Source: Ignavibacteria bacterium (GTDB lineage: Bacteria > Bacteroidota > Ignavibacteria > Kapaibacteriales > Kapaibacteriaceae). From it: a DNA stretch of 64,000 nt. The translations under genes were made by a program, and so were the position numbers. Every line of letters begins with the position of its first letter. Positions within the stretch are counted from its first letter, which is position 1. Below are positions 45,615 to 55,423 of this stretch, one piece after another. Under the pieces are notes generated by a model that worked only from the letters and a program-made list of their open reading frames with translations, did no database searches and had not been told where the DNA came from. The stretch covers positions 1,770 to 65,769 of the forward strand of contig CANGZU010000002.1 in NCBI GenBank assembly GCA_947458785.1, in the 5' to 3' direction.

Positions 45615-46983
45615 CGGCTATATCCATGATTCTCTCATCTCCGAACATTGGCCCCTGAAGCTGCATACCGATTGGTAGCCCCTTGCTATCAGTTCCGAAT
45701 GGAACACTTAAGGCAGGAATCCCGGCAATGTTTGCTGATACCGTGAAGTAGTCACTTAACCACATTTGTACGGGGTCTTTAACGTCGCCGATGCCAAACG
45801 CCGTGGTTGGAGTTGTAGGTAATGCAAAGGCATGGTATGATTCAAAGATCTTTGCATAGGCATCGCTGATCAAACGTCGGGCCTGTTGGGCCTTAGTGTA
45901 GTATGCTTCACCATATCCTGCCGAGAGCACAAAAGTGCCCAGCATGATACGACGTTGAACTTCAGGCCCAAAGCCATCAGATCTGCTGGCCGTGGTGATG
46001 TCGCCATCCTCGGCTTCTGCGCGCAATCCGTAGCGCACTCCGTCGAAGCGCGCAAGATTACTCGATGCTTCGGCTGTTGCAAGAATGAAGTACGTCGGAA
46101 TCCAGAGCTCGCTGTAGGGCAGAGACACTTCCTCAACAACTGCACCCGTGGCCCGGAGAGCATCGAGGTAGCCTGCATAGGCAGCAATGATATCAGGATC
46201 ACAGCCCTTGAGCTCCGCAACGGGAAGTGCCGCTATCCGCAGTTGGTCTGCTGATACGCTTGGCAGGGGGCTTACATTCTTCACAGATGTTGCGTCCATC
46301 TGGTCATACCCAGCGATGATGTCGAATGTAGCCTGCATATCGGGCAGCGTGCGACTGAAGATGCCAATCTGGTCAAGAGACGAGGCGAATGCTACCAAGC
46401 CATAGCGTGAGATGCGGCCATACGTGGGCTTGAGACCGTAGGTGCCTGTGAATGCTGCTGGTTGACGTATCGAACCGCCGGTGTCGGAACCAAGCGATAC
46501 GTGGCACATACCGCCAGAGACAGCTACAGCAGAACCGCCCGATGAACCGCCCGGCACGCGCGAAGGATCCACCGAGTTGCGCACAATGCCAAAGGCTGAT
46601 GTCTCATTCGACGAACCCATGGCGAACTCATCCATGTTTGTCTTGCCGATGACTAAGGCACCGGCATCCATCAGACGCTCGATAACCGTTGCATTGTAGA
46701 GTGGACCGAATCCTTCAAGCATACGTGAAGCACACGTTAGCGGCTGTCCGGTAACGCTAATGTTGTCCTTGACAGCAACCACAAGCCCCTCGAGTGGACG
46801 CGCCAGCCCGGCAGCGAAACGCTCGTCCGAGGCGTCGGAATCGCACCGCACACCATCGGTGTTTACATGCAGAAACGCATGGAGCGAGGATTGTTCCTCG
46901 ATCGAGGTGAGAAATGTCTCAACCGTTGAACGAACCGTGGATCCGCCTGCAATGATTGTGCTACGGTCTTCTGTGTAACTCAT
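45595..46983 (-). CDS. gatA: Asp-tRNA(Asn)/Glu-tRNA(Gln) amidotransferase subunit A
   Basis: Amidase signature GGSSGGSAVAV, KDNI, ~462 aa. Confidence 0.9.
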   Translation of the reverse strand: MSYTEDRSTIIAGGSTVRSTVETFLTSIEEQSSLHAFLHVNTDGVRCDSDASDERFAAGLARPLEGLVVAVKDNISVTGQPLTCASRMLEGFGPLYNATVIERLMDAGALVIGKTNMDEFAMGSSNETSAFGIVRNSVDPSRVPGGSSGGSAVAVSGGMCHVSLGSDTGGSIRQPAAFTGTYGLKPTYGRISRYGLVAFASSLDQIGIFSRTLPDMQATFDIIAGYDQMDATSVKNVSPLPSVSADQLRIAALPVAELKGCDPDIIAAYAGYLDALRATGAVVEEVSLPYSELWIPTYFILATAEASSNLARFDGVRYGLRAEAEDGDITTASRSDGFGPEVQRRIMLGTFVLSAGYGEAYYTKAQQARRLISDAYAKIFESYHAFALPTTPTTAFGIGDVKDPVQMWLSDYFTVSANIAGIPALSVPFGTDSKGLPIGMQLQGPMFGDERIMDIAATLASR

Positions 46984-47363
46984 GGATTCGTTGGTGTTGT
47001 TGTATCGTTAGATGTCGTTTCCTGAGAAGCGTCAGGATTCGAGGGGGCAGGCACCTGAGACGGTGCTCCGCCTTCGCCTGCGGAAGGAGCTGCTTCCGCT
47101 GTTGCAATCGCACGCTCGCGCGAAACGCCGTCTGTTACGGGTCGCACCATCGGACGCGGGGGGGTGTCAACTGAGAGCGCATCCTGGATGGCCGCATCAG
47201 CTGAGATGTCGCGTATCTGCTGCGTCAAATCCTCTTGTGCTTTGCGGAACTGCCGAACACCCCGTCCAACTTGTTGCATGAACTTGGGTATGCTCTTTGG
47301 ACCGAACAGAAGAATGATCGCCAGAATGATGACGACAAGTTCAAAACCACCTACGTCGAACAT
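46980..47363 (-). CDS. tatB: Twin-arginine translocase TatB-like subunit (TatA/B/E family)
   Basis: MFDVGGFELVVIILAIILLFGPKSIPKF... followed by an amphipathic helix; 127 aa. Confidence 0.65.
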   Translation of the reverse strand: MFDVGGFELVVIILAIILLFGPKSIPKFMQQVGRGVRQFRKAQEDLTQQIRDISADAAIQDALSVDTPPRPMVRPVTDGVSRERAIATAEAAPSAGEGGAPSQVPAPSNPDASQETTSNDTTTPTNP

Positions 47364-47375
47364 GATCGTCTGGTA

Positions 47376-47567
47376 TTAGTTCTTCGGTTCCGACGTTGTC
47401 GTTGGTGTGGACTTCTTTGGTTCCTCTTCTTCCGTCCCGTTCGATGCCTTCTTGAATTCACGGATGCCAGAACCAAGCCCCTTCATGAGCTCAGGAATCT
47501 TACGTCCGCCAAACAGCAGTACGATGACAAGGATAATAAGGAGGATCTCTGGTAGACCTGGTTTCAT
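47376..47567 (-). CDS. tatA: Twin-arginine translocase subunit TatA
   Basis: 63 aa: [37 protein letters not shown]. Confidence 0.8.
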   Translation of the reverse strand: MKPGLPEILLIILVIVLLFGGRKIPELMKGLGSGIREFKKASNGTEEEEPKKSTPTTTSEPKN

Positions 47568-47609
47568 AGTGGTCGTACTCCGTAGTGTTTCATTGATCGA
47601 TGGCGCAAA

Positions 47610-48311
47610 TTACGCCACCATAGCGTTGCATTGACGCGCAAGACTGTGAAATACATGCAATCCGTCAGCAGAGCCCAATAATGGCTCGCATGCCCGCTCA
47701 GGATGCGGCATCAATCCCATGACATTTCCAGCCGCATTGACAATGCCGGCAATGTTGTTCAGGCTGCCGTTGGGATTGGCCTCAGCCGTAATAGCACCCT
47801 CTGCATTGCAGTACCGATAGAGAACCTGTCCGTTGTCTTCAATCGCAGCCAGCATGTCGGCTGGAGCTGTGAAACGGCCTTCACCGTGTGCAATCGGTAT
47901 GCGAATAACATCACCTGTGGCAGCGGCATTGGTAAAGGGGCTGTCATGACGCTCGATGCGCAGATGTACATCCTTGCAGACAAACGAGAGGTTCTCGTTC
48001 CGGATCAATGCACCTGGGAGCAGACCCGATTCGCAGAGAATCTGGAACCCATTGCAGATACCGAAGACGTATCCACCTCCATTAGCAAATCGAATGACCT
48101 CTTCCATGATCGGAGAGAACCGTGCGATGGCTCCGGTGCGAAGGTAATCCCCGTAGGAAAAGCCCCCTGGCAGGATGATCACATCGAGAGAGGCTGGAAG
48201 ACTGGTGTCTTTGTGCCATAGCGCATGCACGGTATTGCCGGTTATCTCAGAGGCATATCGGGCATCGGCATCACAATTGGAGCCCGGGAACGTTACAACA
48301 CCGATGTTCAT
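47610..48311 (-). CDS. purQ: Phosphoribosylformylglycinamidine synthase subunit PurQ
   Basis: VVTFPGSNCD, the GATase nucleophile GICNGFQIL, MPHPER. Confidence 0.9.
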   Translation of the reverse strand: MNIGVVTFPGSNCDADARYASEITGNTVHALWHKDTSLPASLDVIILPGGFSYGDYLRTGAIARFSPIMEEVIRFANGGGYVFGICNGFQILCESGLLPGALIRNENLSFVCKDVHLRIERHDSPFTNAAATGDVIRIPIAHGEGRFTAPADMLAAIEDNGQVLYRYCNAEGAITAEANPNGSLNNIAGIVNAAGNVMGLMPHPERACEPLLGSADGLHVFHSLARQCNAMVA

Positions 48312-48571
48312 GCCGCTTCCCCTTCGTGCAGGGTAAAGGTGTAATCTTCCATCACTGGATTCGTCAGGAGCTTATCGCAAGCCTCCCGGATCATGGCCGA
48401 CGCAGATTCCTGATCTGACGCTTGAACGTGGAGTTCGATGTGCTTGCCGATGCGCACGTTTGTAAGCCCCGGCATGTGCAGCGAATGCAGCGCATGCTCA
48501 ACAGCCTTGCCCTGGACATCAAGGATGGCGCGACGGAGTGTAACAGCGATATGTGCAGTGTAGGTTTTCAT
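48308..48571 (-). CDS. purS: Phosphoribosylformylglycinamidine synthase subunit PurS
   Basis: 87 aa with ILDVQGKAVEHAL and NPVMEDY; 4-nt overlap with purQ. Confidence 0.85.
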   Translation of the reverse strand: MKTYTAHIAVTLRRAILDVQGKAVEHALHSLHMPGLTNVRIGKHIELHVQASDQESASAMIREACDKLLTNPVMEDYTFTLHEGEAA

Positions 48572-48574
48572 AGT

Positions 48575-49336
48575 CTACATGGAAAGTGGATCTGGATCGG
48601 ATTCTTCGACTGAGTCATCATCATCGTTGCGGTCACGCAGAAACAGAAACGCATGCCTGATGGCACCACCGGCGAGGTATAGCGCCATGAATGGGAACAT
48701 TGCCTTCAGTGAGGTGGCGATGCAGGCAATAATGCCGACGATGAACATGGTGAATATCACTGGTCGCTGACGGAACGAACGGGCCGACGGACGCGGGAGG
48801 TTGTCGTACTTGACCGTGCTTACCATTGCCAGCGATACAACGAGCGTAACGATTGTTAGGGCCAATGGCTGAAATGCACCCGGCACCTCGATATGCCAGT
48901 CATGTATGTAGGCAAGGATCGTAAGTGCGCCGGCAGGAATCGGCATGCCGCGGAAATACAGCTTGTCTTCCATACTCGTTAGCTGAACGTTGAACCGTGC
49001 CAATCGGAGTACGCCGGCAATAGCCGGCAGGGCAGCCACTACGAGCGTCCACTGTTGATGCTGCCACGCCATAGGAAACGTAACATAGAGCAGCACCGAG
49101 GGAGCCACGCCAAATGAGACGGCATCACAGAGCGAATCTAGCTCTACACCAAATTCAGATGTGCTGTGGGTAATGCGGGCAACGACGCCATCGAGCATGT
49201 CGAATATGCCTGCCGTGACAACCAACCAAATTGCCTGATCGATCCGGCCCTCGAAAGAGGCAACGATAGAGGCAAAGCCGCAAAAGAGATTCGCGACCGT
49301 AAAGAGATTGGGTATGACAGACCGTGTTACGCGCAT
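48575..49336 (-). CDS. pssA: CDP-diacylglycerol--serine O-phosphatidyltransferase
   Basis: CDP-alcohol phosphatidyltransferase motif DMLDGVVAR...G.ELDSLCD; multi-TM. Confidence 0.85.
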   Translation of the reverse strand: MRVTRSVIPNLFTVANLFCGFASIVASFEGRIDQAIWLVVTAGIFDMLDGVVARITHSTSEFGVELDSLCDAVSFGVAPSVLLYVTFPMAWQHQQWTLVVAALPAIAGVLRLARFNVQLTSMEDKLYFRGMPIPAGALTILAYIHDWHIEVPGAFQPLALTIVTLVVSLAMVSTVKYDNLPRPSARSFRQRPVIFTMFIVGIIACIATSLKAMFPFMALYLAGGAIRHAFLFLRDRNDDDDSVEESDPDPLSM

Positions 49337-49337
49337 C

Positions 49338-50018
49338 TTAGGACGCCTGCCCTCTCATGTCGGCCAAAATCGATGCATTGCTCACGACCTTTTGCCCAGG
49401 TCGCACCAGAACATGCGCAGTGGCTGGCACAACAACATCCATGCGTGAGCCAAACTTCATCATGCCAAACCGGTCTCCGGCGCGCACGACATCGCCTTCC
49501 TTGGTGTCGTACACGATTCGTCTTGCCAAGAATCCTGTGATCTGCTGGTAGCTGATAAGTCCGTGCTCGGTCTCCATCACAAACTGTGATCGCTCGTTCT
49601 CCTGGCTTGACTTCGGGTTGAAGGCCATCAGGTACTTGCCAGGGAAATATGTCACGTTGCGGATAACGCCCGATGCGGGATAGCGGTTGACGTGCAGATT
49701 CACCGGCGAGAGAAAAATGCTGATCTGGACGGCTGCACAGCCGAGCTCCGGGCTGTGGTCCAGTGGGGTAACGTTCACAACCTGCCCATCGGCAGGGGCC
49801 ACGATCATGGCATCGTTACCGACGGCTTCAGGGTTCATAGGGCGTTCAGCATCTCGGAAGAACCACATCGTAAAGAAAAACAAACCGGCTCCGAGTACCC
49901 AATGGATGATCTTCCAGACAGGGTCGAAGGGGGCAAATCCAAGCGAGGCGATGGCAAGGGCCACACCCAACATGAGAAATGCGTTGTCGTAGCCGTAAGG
50001 TGTTAATATTCTTTGCAT
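49338..50018 (-). CDS. psd: Phosphatidylserine decarboxylase family protein
   Basis: GDRFGMMKFGSRMDVVVP (self-cleavage G-S region), N-terminal TM segments. The start is set at ATG 50018. Confidence 0.8.
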   Translation of the reverse strand: MQRILTPYGYDNAFLMLGVALAIASLGFAPFDPVWKIIHWVLGAGLFFFTMWFFRDAERPMNPEAVGNDAMIVAPADGQVVNVTPLDHSPELGCAAVQISIFLSPVNLHVNRYPASGVIRNVTYFPGKYLMAFNPKSSQENERSQFVMETEHGLISYQQITGFLARRIVYDTKEGDVVRAGDRFGMMKFGSRMDVVVPATAHVLVRPGQKVVSNASILADMRGQAS

Positions 50019-50111
50019 TCGAATGGTTGTAGACTCTAGAAGTGGTTCGTAGATTCGCCCTTCAAAACTAGCATTTTCGCGCCGCATGGCGTGATTTCTT
50101 TCGGAAGACCC

Positions 50112-51233
50112 ATGAAGTTCACAGTAGCGCTACCCGATCTTCAAAAAGCATTGCAAAAAGTGCTCCCTGCCATTCCAGCGAAGAGCACGATTCCTGTGCT
50201 TGAGCACCTCCATGCAGAATTGGAAGGTAGCCAGCTAACGTTTACGGCAACCGATCAAGAGATCACGATATCGCTTGCGATCACCGTGGTCGGAGAAAAG
50301 GACGGCACACTGCTCATACCGGCACGCCAGTTCAATGATCTCGTCAAAGAATTGGGATCCTCCGGGTCGATCGAAGTTGACGGTAACAACAAGACACAGG
50401 TCATTACCATACGAACACCGACGGGTTCCTATGAAATGAAGGCACTCGATGCCGATGAGTTTCCATCGATACCTCCATTTCCCGAGGCACAGGTTGCCCA
50501 GCTCCGCAAAGAGGACATGGTTCGCATGGCAAACAAGACCGTGTTTGCGGTGTCAACAGAAGAGTACCGTCCGAGCATGACGGGCGTTTTCTTCCAGTTT
50601 CATGGTGAGAGCGTCACAGCGGTGGCAACAGACGGGTTCCGCCTCTCACGCGTGGTGGTCAAGGCCGATGACGGGGCTGCCTTTCCAACAGATCTCGAGG
50701 CGATCGTCCCTTCGCGAGCGGTGGATCTGCTGCGCAAGCTCGACAACAACGTGGAAATGGCGATCTCTCGTACGCACGCCCGCTTCAGTGTTGGTTCGAT
50801 GACGATTACAACCCGTATCATCGATGAAAAGTATCCGCCGTATCAAAACGTTATCCCATCGGACAACGACAAAACGCTCATCGTAAATCAGCGCGAGGTA
50901 CTTAGCGCCATCAAGCGCGTTTCGCTGTTTGCAAACACAAATACGAAGCACGTGCGATTCCGCATTGAACCATCGTCGATGTCGGTGCACTCAGAAGATG
51001 AAGATTCAGGCGGCAAGGGCACGGAGAACATCCCTTGTGAGTTCACAAGTGGCTCTTTCGAGGTTGGTTTCAACTACCGATTCCTCGAGGAAGCCATTAA
51101 GAACATCACTGCTGAAGATGATCCCGACCTCAATGTTAAAATGACCTTTTCGTCGCCTATTCGTGCGGTGCTCATTACACCGGCCGCCGGAGACGATTCG
51201 CTGCTCATGCTCGTCATGCCAGTGAAGATTTAA
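50112..51233 (+). CDS. dnaN: DNA polymerase III subunit beta (sliding clamp)
   Basis: MKFTV...LQKALQKV, three-domain length (~373 aa), followed by recF. The start is set at ATG 50112. Confidence 0.9.
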   Translation: MKFTVALPDLQKALQKVLPAIPAKSTIPVLEHLHAELEGSQLTFTATDQEITISLAITVVGEKDGTLLIPARQFNDLVKELGSSGSIEVDGNNKTQVITIRTPTGSYEMKALDADEFPSIPPFPEAQVAQLRKEDMVRMANKTVFAVSTEEYRPSMTGVFFQFHGESVTAVATDGFRLSRVVVKADDGAAFPTDLEAIVPSRAVDLLRKLDNNVEMAISRTHARFSVGSMTITTRIIDEKYPPYQNVIPSDNDKTLIVNQREVLSAIKRVSLFANTNTKHVRFRIEPSSMSVHSEDEDSGGKGTENIPCEFTSGSFEVGFNYRFLEEAIKNITAEDDPDLNVKMTFSSPIRAVLITPAAGDDSLLMLVMPVKI

Positions 51234-51249
51234 GTAAGGGGCTTGTACG

Positions 51250-52440
51250 GTGATCATACGATCCGTTGTTCTGGAGCACATCCGTAACCATACGACTACG
51301 GAATTGCAGTGTGCCCCAGATGTTAATGTTCTGTCGGGCCTTAACGGATCGGGCAAGACGTCGGTGCTAGAAGCTGTTAGCTTCTGTGCCATTGCAAAGA
51401 GTTTTGTTCCAGTTCCAGACCAAGCTGTGATTCATCACGGAGAACCATCATGCACGGCAACCGTTCACGCAAATCGTGATATCGACGTCCCGTACACGGT
51501 CTCTGTTATGGTTCGTAATGGTGTGCGAAAGAAGATCACGAACTCACATCAGACATCCTGCTCGCCCCGTGACATCATTGGTGAGATGCCGATCGTTGCA
51601 TTGAGTCCGGATCATAAGAGCATCACGTTTGGAGGTCCAGCAGAGCGCAGGTCGTTTCTCGACGGTGTTATGGCTCAGTCAAGCAGACGCTATGCCGAGC
51701 TCTTGTTTGAGCATCGGCGCCTGTTGAAACACCGCAATGCTCTGCTGCAGCTGGTGGCAGCCGGACAGGCCTCTTCGCATGACCTCGATGTCTGGACGGA
51801 GCAGTTTATTGCCGTGAGCGCAGAGATCGTTGAGCGGCGTGCTGTCTTTGTTCGTGAGTTCACGCCGCGCATCGAGGCTATCTATGCTACGATCAGCGAT
51901 GAACGCGAAAAGATTGATGTACTGTATGAGCCAGATGGAATCAGCCTCACATCAGATGTGGAATGCACAGCTTATGTTGTTGGTCAACGCTATGCAGACT
52001 TAGCGCAAACTCTGCGATCACGTGAGATCGCACGCGAGACCACGATGTTCGGACCGCAGAAGGACGAGATACAGTTCCGAATTAATGGCGGACTTGTTCG
52101 GGAGACAGCATCGCAGGGACAGCATAAGTCGCTGCTCATTGCACTCAAGATCGCTGAATGCGAACTCCTGCACGAGCGTTGCAATGAACGGCCAATCGTT
52201 TTGCTGGATGATGTCTTTAGCGAACTCGACAGTGAACGCAGCATGCGCGTTTTGGAGGCAATCATTCGCATGGGAATGCAGTGCTTCGTAACAACAACCA
52301 ACGGTGCAGAGGTGTTTGACCTGATTACGAAAAATAGCATCGACCGTACAACGCCGATTCACGTGGCAATGTTCGGTGTTGATGCAGGTCGGGTTACCCG
52401 TGAGGATGCTACGGTCCATTCTACCCGTGAGGCGGCATAA
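51250..52440 (+). CDS. recF: DNA replication and repair protein RecF
   Basis: Walker A (GLNGSGKTSVLEA), SQGQHKSLLIALK signature, LLDDVFSELD Walker B. GTG start. Confidence 0.88.
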   Translation: MIIRSVVLEHIRNHTTTELQCAPDVNVLSGLNGSGKTSVLEAVSFCAIAKSFVPVPDQAVIHHGEPSCTATVHANRDIDVPYTVSVMVRNGVRKKITNSHQTSCSPRDIIGEMPIVALSPDHKSITFGGPAERRSFLDGVMAQSSRRYAELLFEHRRLLKHRNALLQLVAAGQASSHDLDVWTEQFIAVSAEIVERRAVFVREFTPRIEAIYATISDEREKIDVLYEPDGISLTSDVECTAYVVGQRYADLAQTLRSREIARETTMFGPQKDEIQFRINGGLVRETASQGQHKSLLIALKIAECELLHERCNERPIVLLDDVFSELDSERSMRVLEAIIRMGMQCFVTTTNGAEVFDLITKNSIDRTTPIHVAMFGVDAGRVTREDATVHSTREAA

Positions 52441-52715
52441 TGCACGAGTTGCGCGACATTCTCCGCAGTTTCATCAAGAGTCGTCATCTTGAGGGCGAAC
52501 TACTGAAAGCACGTCTGCCAGCCTATTGGGAAGATGTTGTTGGTAAGGGGCTTGCAGCCCGCACAGAAATCAAGTCGTTTGAAAACGGGGTTCTACGGAT
52601 TCATGTTCCAGAGGCCCCTTGGCGCAGTGAGCTTACACTTCGCCGTGAAGAATTACGATTATCACTCAATCTACGTGCCGGTGAAGATTTCGTTCGAGAG
52701 ATCATCATTCGGTAG
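52440..52715 (+). CDS. DUF721 (DciA-like) domain protein
   Basis: 91 aa, located between recF and gyrB. GVLRIHVPEAPWRSELTLRREELRLSLN is typical of DUF721. Confidence 0.7.
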   Translation: MHELRDILRSFIKSRHLEGELLKARLPAYWEDVVGKGLAARTEIKSFENGVLRIHVPEAPWRSELTLRREELRLSLNLRAGEDFVREIIIR

Positions 52716-52736
52716 AGTTGTCTTTAGGAGAATATT

Positions 52737-54746
52737 ATGTCAGAACAATTGCAACAACCAGGATACACCGAGGATAGTATCAAGGTCCTCGAAGGACTCG
52801 AAGCCGTCCGCAAGCGTCCGGCCATGTACATCGGCGACGTTGGCGAACGTGGTCTGCACCACCTTATCCAGGAAGTTGTCGACAACTCAATCGACGAAGC
52901 CCTTGCCGGACACTGTAAGAACATCACGATCACCCTACATTCTGATGGGTCGTGCTCGGTACAGGATGATGGCCGCGGTATTCCGGTTGGACCACACCCG
53001 GTGAAGAAGATCTCGACGCTCGAAGTTGTCATGTGTACCCTTCACGCCGGCGGTAAGTTCGACAAGAACACGTACAAGGTCTCTGGCGGTCTTCACGGCG
53101 TGGGCGTGAGCTGCGTGAACGCGCTATCAACCGATCTCACGGTAACGGTTGAGCGGGAAGGCAAGATGTATGAGCAGAAGTACAAGATCGGCGCTCCACA
53201 AGGGCCGGTGCAGGAAATTGGTACTTCATCGCGTACAGGAACTAGCGTTCGCTTTTGGCCTGATGCCACCATCTTCCGCACTGTTGAGTTTCGCTACGAA
53301 AAGGTCTCTGAGCGTTTGCGGGAGCTGGCATTCTTGAATCCGGACGTCACGATTACGCTGCAGGATGAGCGTGATGGTCAGAAAGACGTCTTTGCATACC
53401 GCGGCGGTCTGGTAGACTTCGCGCGCCACCTCGATGCTAATGCAACGGTCATCACAAAGCCAATCCTGATGTCTGGCACGTATACCAATGAGTCGGGCAT
53501 TGAAACAGTGGTTGAAATCTGCTTCGAATACAACAGCGGGTACAGCGAGACACTGCTCTCGTATGTAAACAACATCAACACGGTCGAAGGGGGCACGCAC
53601 GTATCTGGCTTCCGCAGCGCCCTTACGCGTACGCTCAATGCGTATGCGTCGGCCAATAACATGACCAAGAAGGACATCAACCTAACGGGTGAAGACTTCC
53701 GTGAAGGTCTTACGGCCATCGTTGCCGTTAAGATTGCCGAGCCACAGTTCGAGGGTCAGACAAAGACAAAGCTTGGTAACGGCGAGACCGAAGGTATTGT
53801 CCGCTCGATCGTCAACGAAGAACTGAGCAAATATCTCGATGCAACGCCAAGCGCTGCAAAGACGATTATCGAAAAGGCAACACAATCAGCCGAAGCCCGT
53901 GCTGCGGCGCGTAAAGCAAAGGACCTGATCCGACGTAAAGGGGCGCTCGAAAGCGGTTCGCTTCCGGGCAAGCTTGCTGATTGTCAGCTTCGCACGCCAG
54001 AAGACACCGAGATCTTCCTCGTTGAGGGTGATTCGGCCGGTGGTTCTGCCAAGCAGGGACGCGACAGACGTTTCCAGGCAATCCTACCACTGAAGGGTAA
54101 GATCCTGAACGTGCACAAAGCACGTCTCACGAAGGTGCTTGAGAATGAAGAAGTCCGCACGATCTTTACTGCCATCGGTGCAGGGTTCGGTGATGACTTT
54201 GATGTTGCACGCGCGCGCTACGGAAAGATCATCCTGATGGCTGATGCCGACGTGGACGGCTCACACATCCGCACGTTGCTTCTGACGTTGTTCTGGAAGC
54301 ATATGCCGCAGCTTATCAACGACGGACGCCTCTACATCGCTCAGCCCCCTCTCTATAAGCTTAAGAAGGGTAAGCAGGAGCACTATGCCTACAATGATGC
54401 CGAGCGTGATGAGATCATAGGCCGCATCCGCAAGGAAAAGGCAGACCGCAAAGCGGCTAAGGCAACAGAAAAGGGAGCGCCAGTAGAGGATGCAGATGGA
54501 CCAGTCGAGGAAGGGGCTACAGCAGACGGGATCGTGATCAGCCGATTTAAGGGTCTTGGCGAAATGAACCCGGAACAGCTCTGGGCAACGACCATGAACC
54601 CTGAGACGCGCACGCTGCTTCGCGTGAGCATCGAGAATGCGGCCGAAGCAATGCACGTCTTTGAGACGCTCATGGGCGAGGCCGTAGAGCCGCGTCGCGA
54701 GTTTATCGAGCGCAACGCTCAATACGTACGGAACTTGGACATCTAA
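52737..54746 (+). CDS. gyrB: DNA gyrase subunit B
   Basis: YTEDSIKVLEGLEAVRKRPAMYIG, GGLHGVG, EGDSAGGSAKQGRDR (Toprim), PLKGKILNV. Confidence 0.95.
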   Translation: MSEQLQQPGYTEDSIKVLEGLEAVRKRPAMYIGDVGERGLHHLIQEVVDNSIDEALAGHCKNITITLHSDGSCSVQDDGRGIPVGPHPVKKISTLEVVMCTLHAGGKFDKNTYKVSGGLHGVGVSCVNALSTDLTVTVEREGKMYEQKYKIGAPQGPVQEIGTSSRTGTSVRFWPDATIFRTVEFRYEKVSERLRELAFLNPDVTITLQDERDGQKDVFAYRGGLVDFARHLDANATVITKPILMSGTYTNESGIETVVEICFEYNSGYSETLLSYVNNINTVEGGTHVSGFRSALTRTLNAYASANNMTKKDINLTGEDFREGLTAIVAVKIAEPQFEGQTKTKLGNGETEGIVRSIVNEELSKYLDATPSAAKTIIEKATQSAEARAAARKAKDLIRRKGALESGSLPGKLADCQLRTPEDTEIFLVEGDSAGGSAKQGRDRRFQAILPLKGKILNVHKARLTKVLENEEVRTIFTAIGAGFGDDFDVARARYGKIILMADADVDGSHIRTLLLTLFWKHMPQLINDGRLYIAQPPLYKLKKGKQEHYAYNDAERDEIIGRIRKEKADRKAAKATEKGAPVEDADGPVEEGATADGIVISRFKGLGEMNPEQLWATTMNPETRTLLRVSIENAAEAMHVFETLMGEAVEPRREFIERNAQYVRNLDI

Positions 54747-54755
54747 ATACAAGAA

Positions 54756-54785
54756 GACCCCGCATGTCTGCACTCATGCGGGGTC
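54756..54785 (+). terminator. Stem-loop downstream of gyrB (11-bp stem, no U-tract)
   Basis: gaccccgcatg [tctgcact] catgcggggtc was read directly. It is followed by ggaatgaagg, so it is not a canonical intrinsic terminator. Confidence 0.45.
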
Positions 54786-54883
54786 GGAATGAAGGGGATC
54801 CCGAAGGATTCCCCGACCATTGAATGTGGAAATGCACAAGAGCTGTAGATAGTTCCCGATAGGGTAAAACCAGTAGGAAATAG

Positions 54884-55387
54884 ATGGAATTGGTGGTTCG
54901 AAGAGCAGATCTCGGCGATGTCCAGGCGATCTACGACGTAGCGGGGGATACCTGGGAGCCTACGTACAGGCCGATCATTTCGCAGGAACAGATCGAGGTC
55001 ATGTTCGAGGATCTTCTCAGTGTGCCTGCAATCGAGCGTCAGATCAGGCTGCATGAGGGTACGTACATACTTGCACTTGTAGACGGTCTCGCTCAGGGAT
55101 TTGCCTATTACGCACCCAAAGACGGACAGGATGGAACGCGGTACAAGCTGCATCGCCTCTATGTTCGGCCAAGCACCCAGCATCATGGGGTAGGTGGAGC
55201 GATTCTGCGGTTTGTAGAGGATGAACTATCCCAGCAGGGTGTGCTCGAGCTAGAGCTGAACGTGAACCGTTTCAATACAGCCCAGGACTTCTATCGTAAA
55301 CAAGGATATGAAGTAGCGGAGACAGTGGATATTCCCTACAAGCAATTCTGGCTGAATGACTACGTAATGAAAAAGGCCCTGCGTTAG
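54884..55387 (+). CDS. GNAT family N-acetyltransferase
   Basis: Acetyl-CoA binding region LHRLYVRPSTQHHGVGGAIL; 167 aa. Confidence 0.8.
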   Translation: MELVVRRADLGDVQAIYDVAGDTWEPTYRPIISQEQIEVMFEDLLSVPAIERQIRLHEGTYILALVDGLAQGFAYYAPKDGQDGTRYKLHRLYVRPSTQHHGVGGAILRFVEDELSQQGVLELELNVNRFNTAQDFYRKQGYEVAETVDIPYKQFWLNDYVMKKALR

Positions 55388-55402
55388 CAGGGCCTTTCTT
55401 GT
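55367..55402. terminator. Bidirectional intrinsic terminator between the GNAT gene (+) and ahcY (-)
   Basis: 11-bp stem aaaggccctgc / gcagggccttt, loop gtta. It is flanked by an A-run on one side and a T-rich stretch on the other, giving U-tracts on both strands. Confidence 0.8.
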
Positions 55403-55423
55403 TTCCGTCGTGTTGTAAAGATC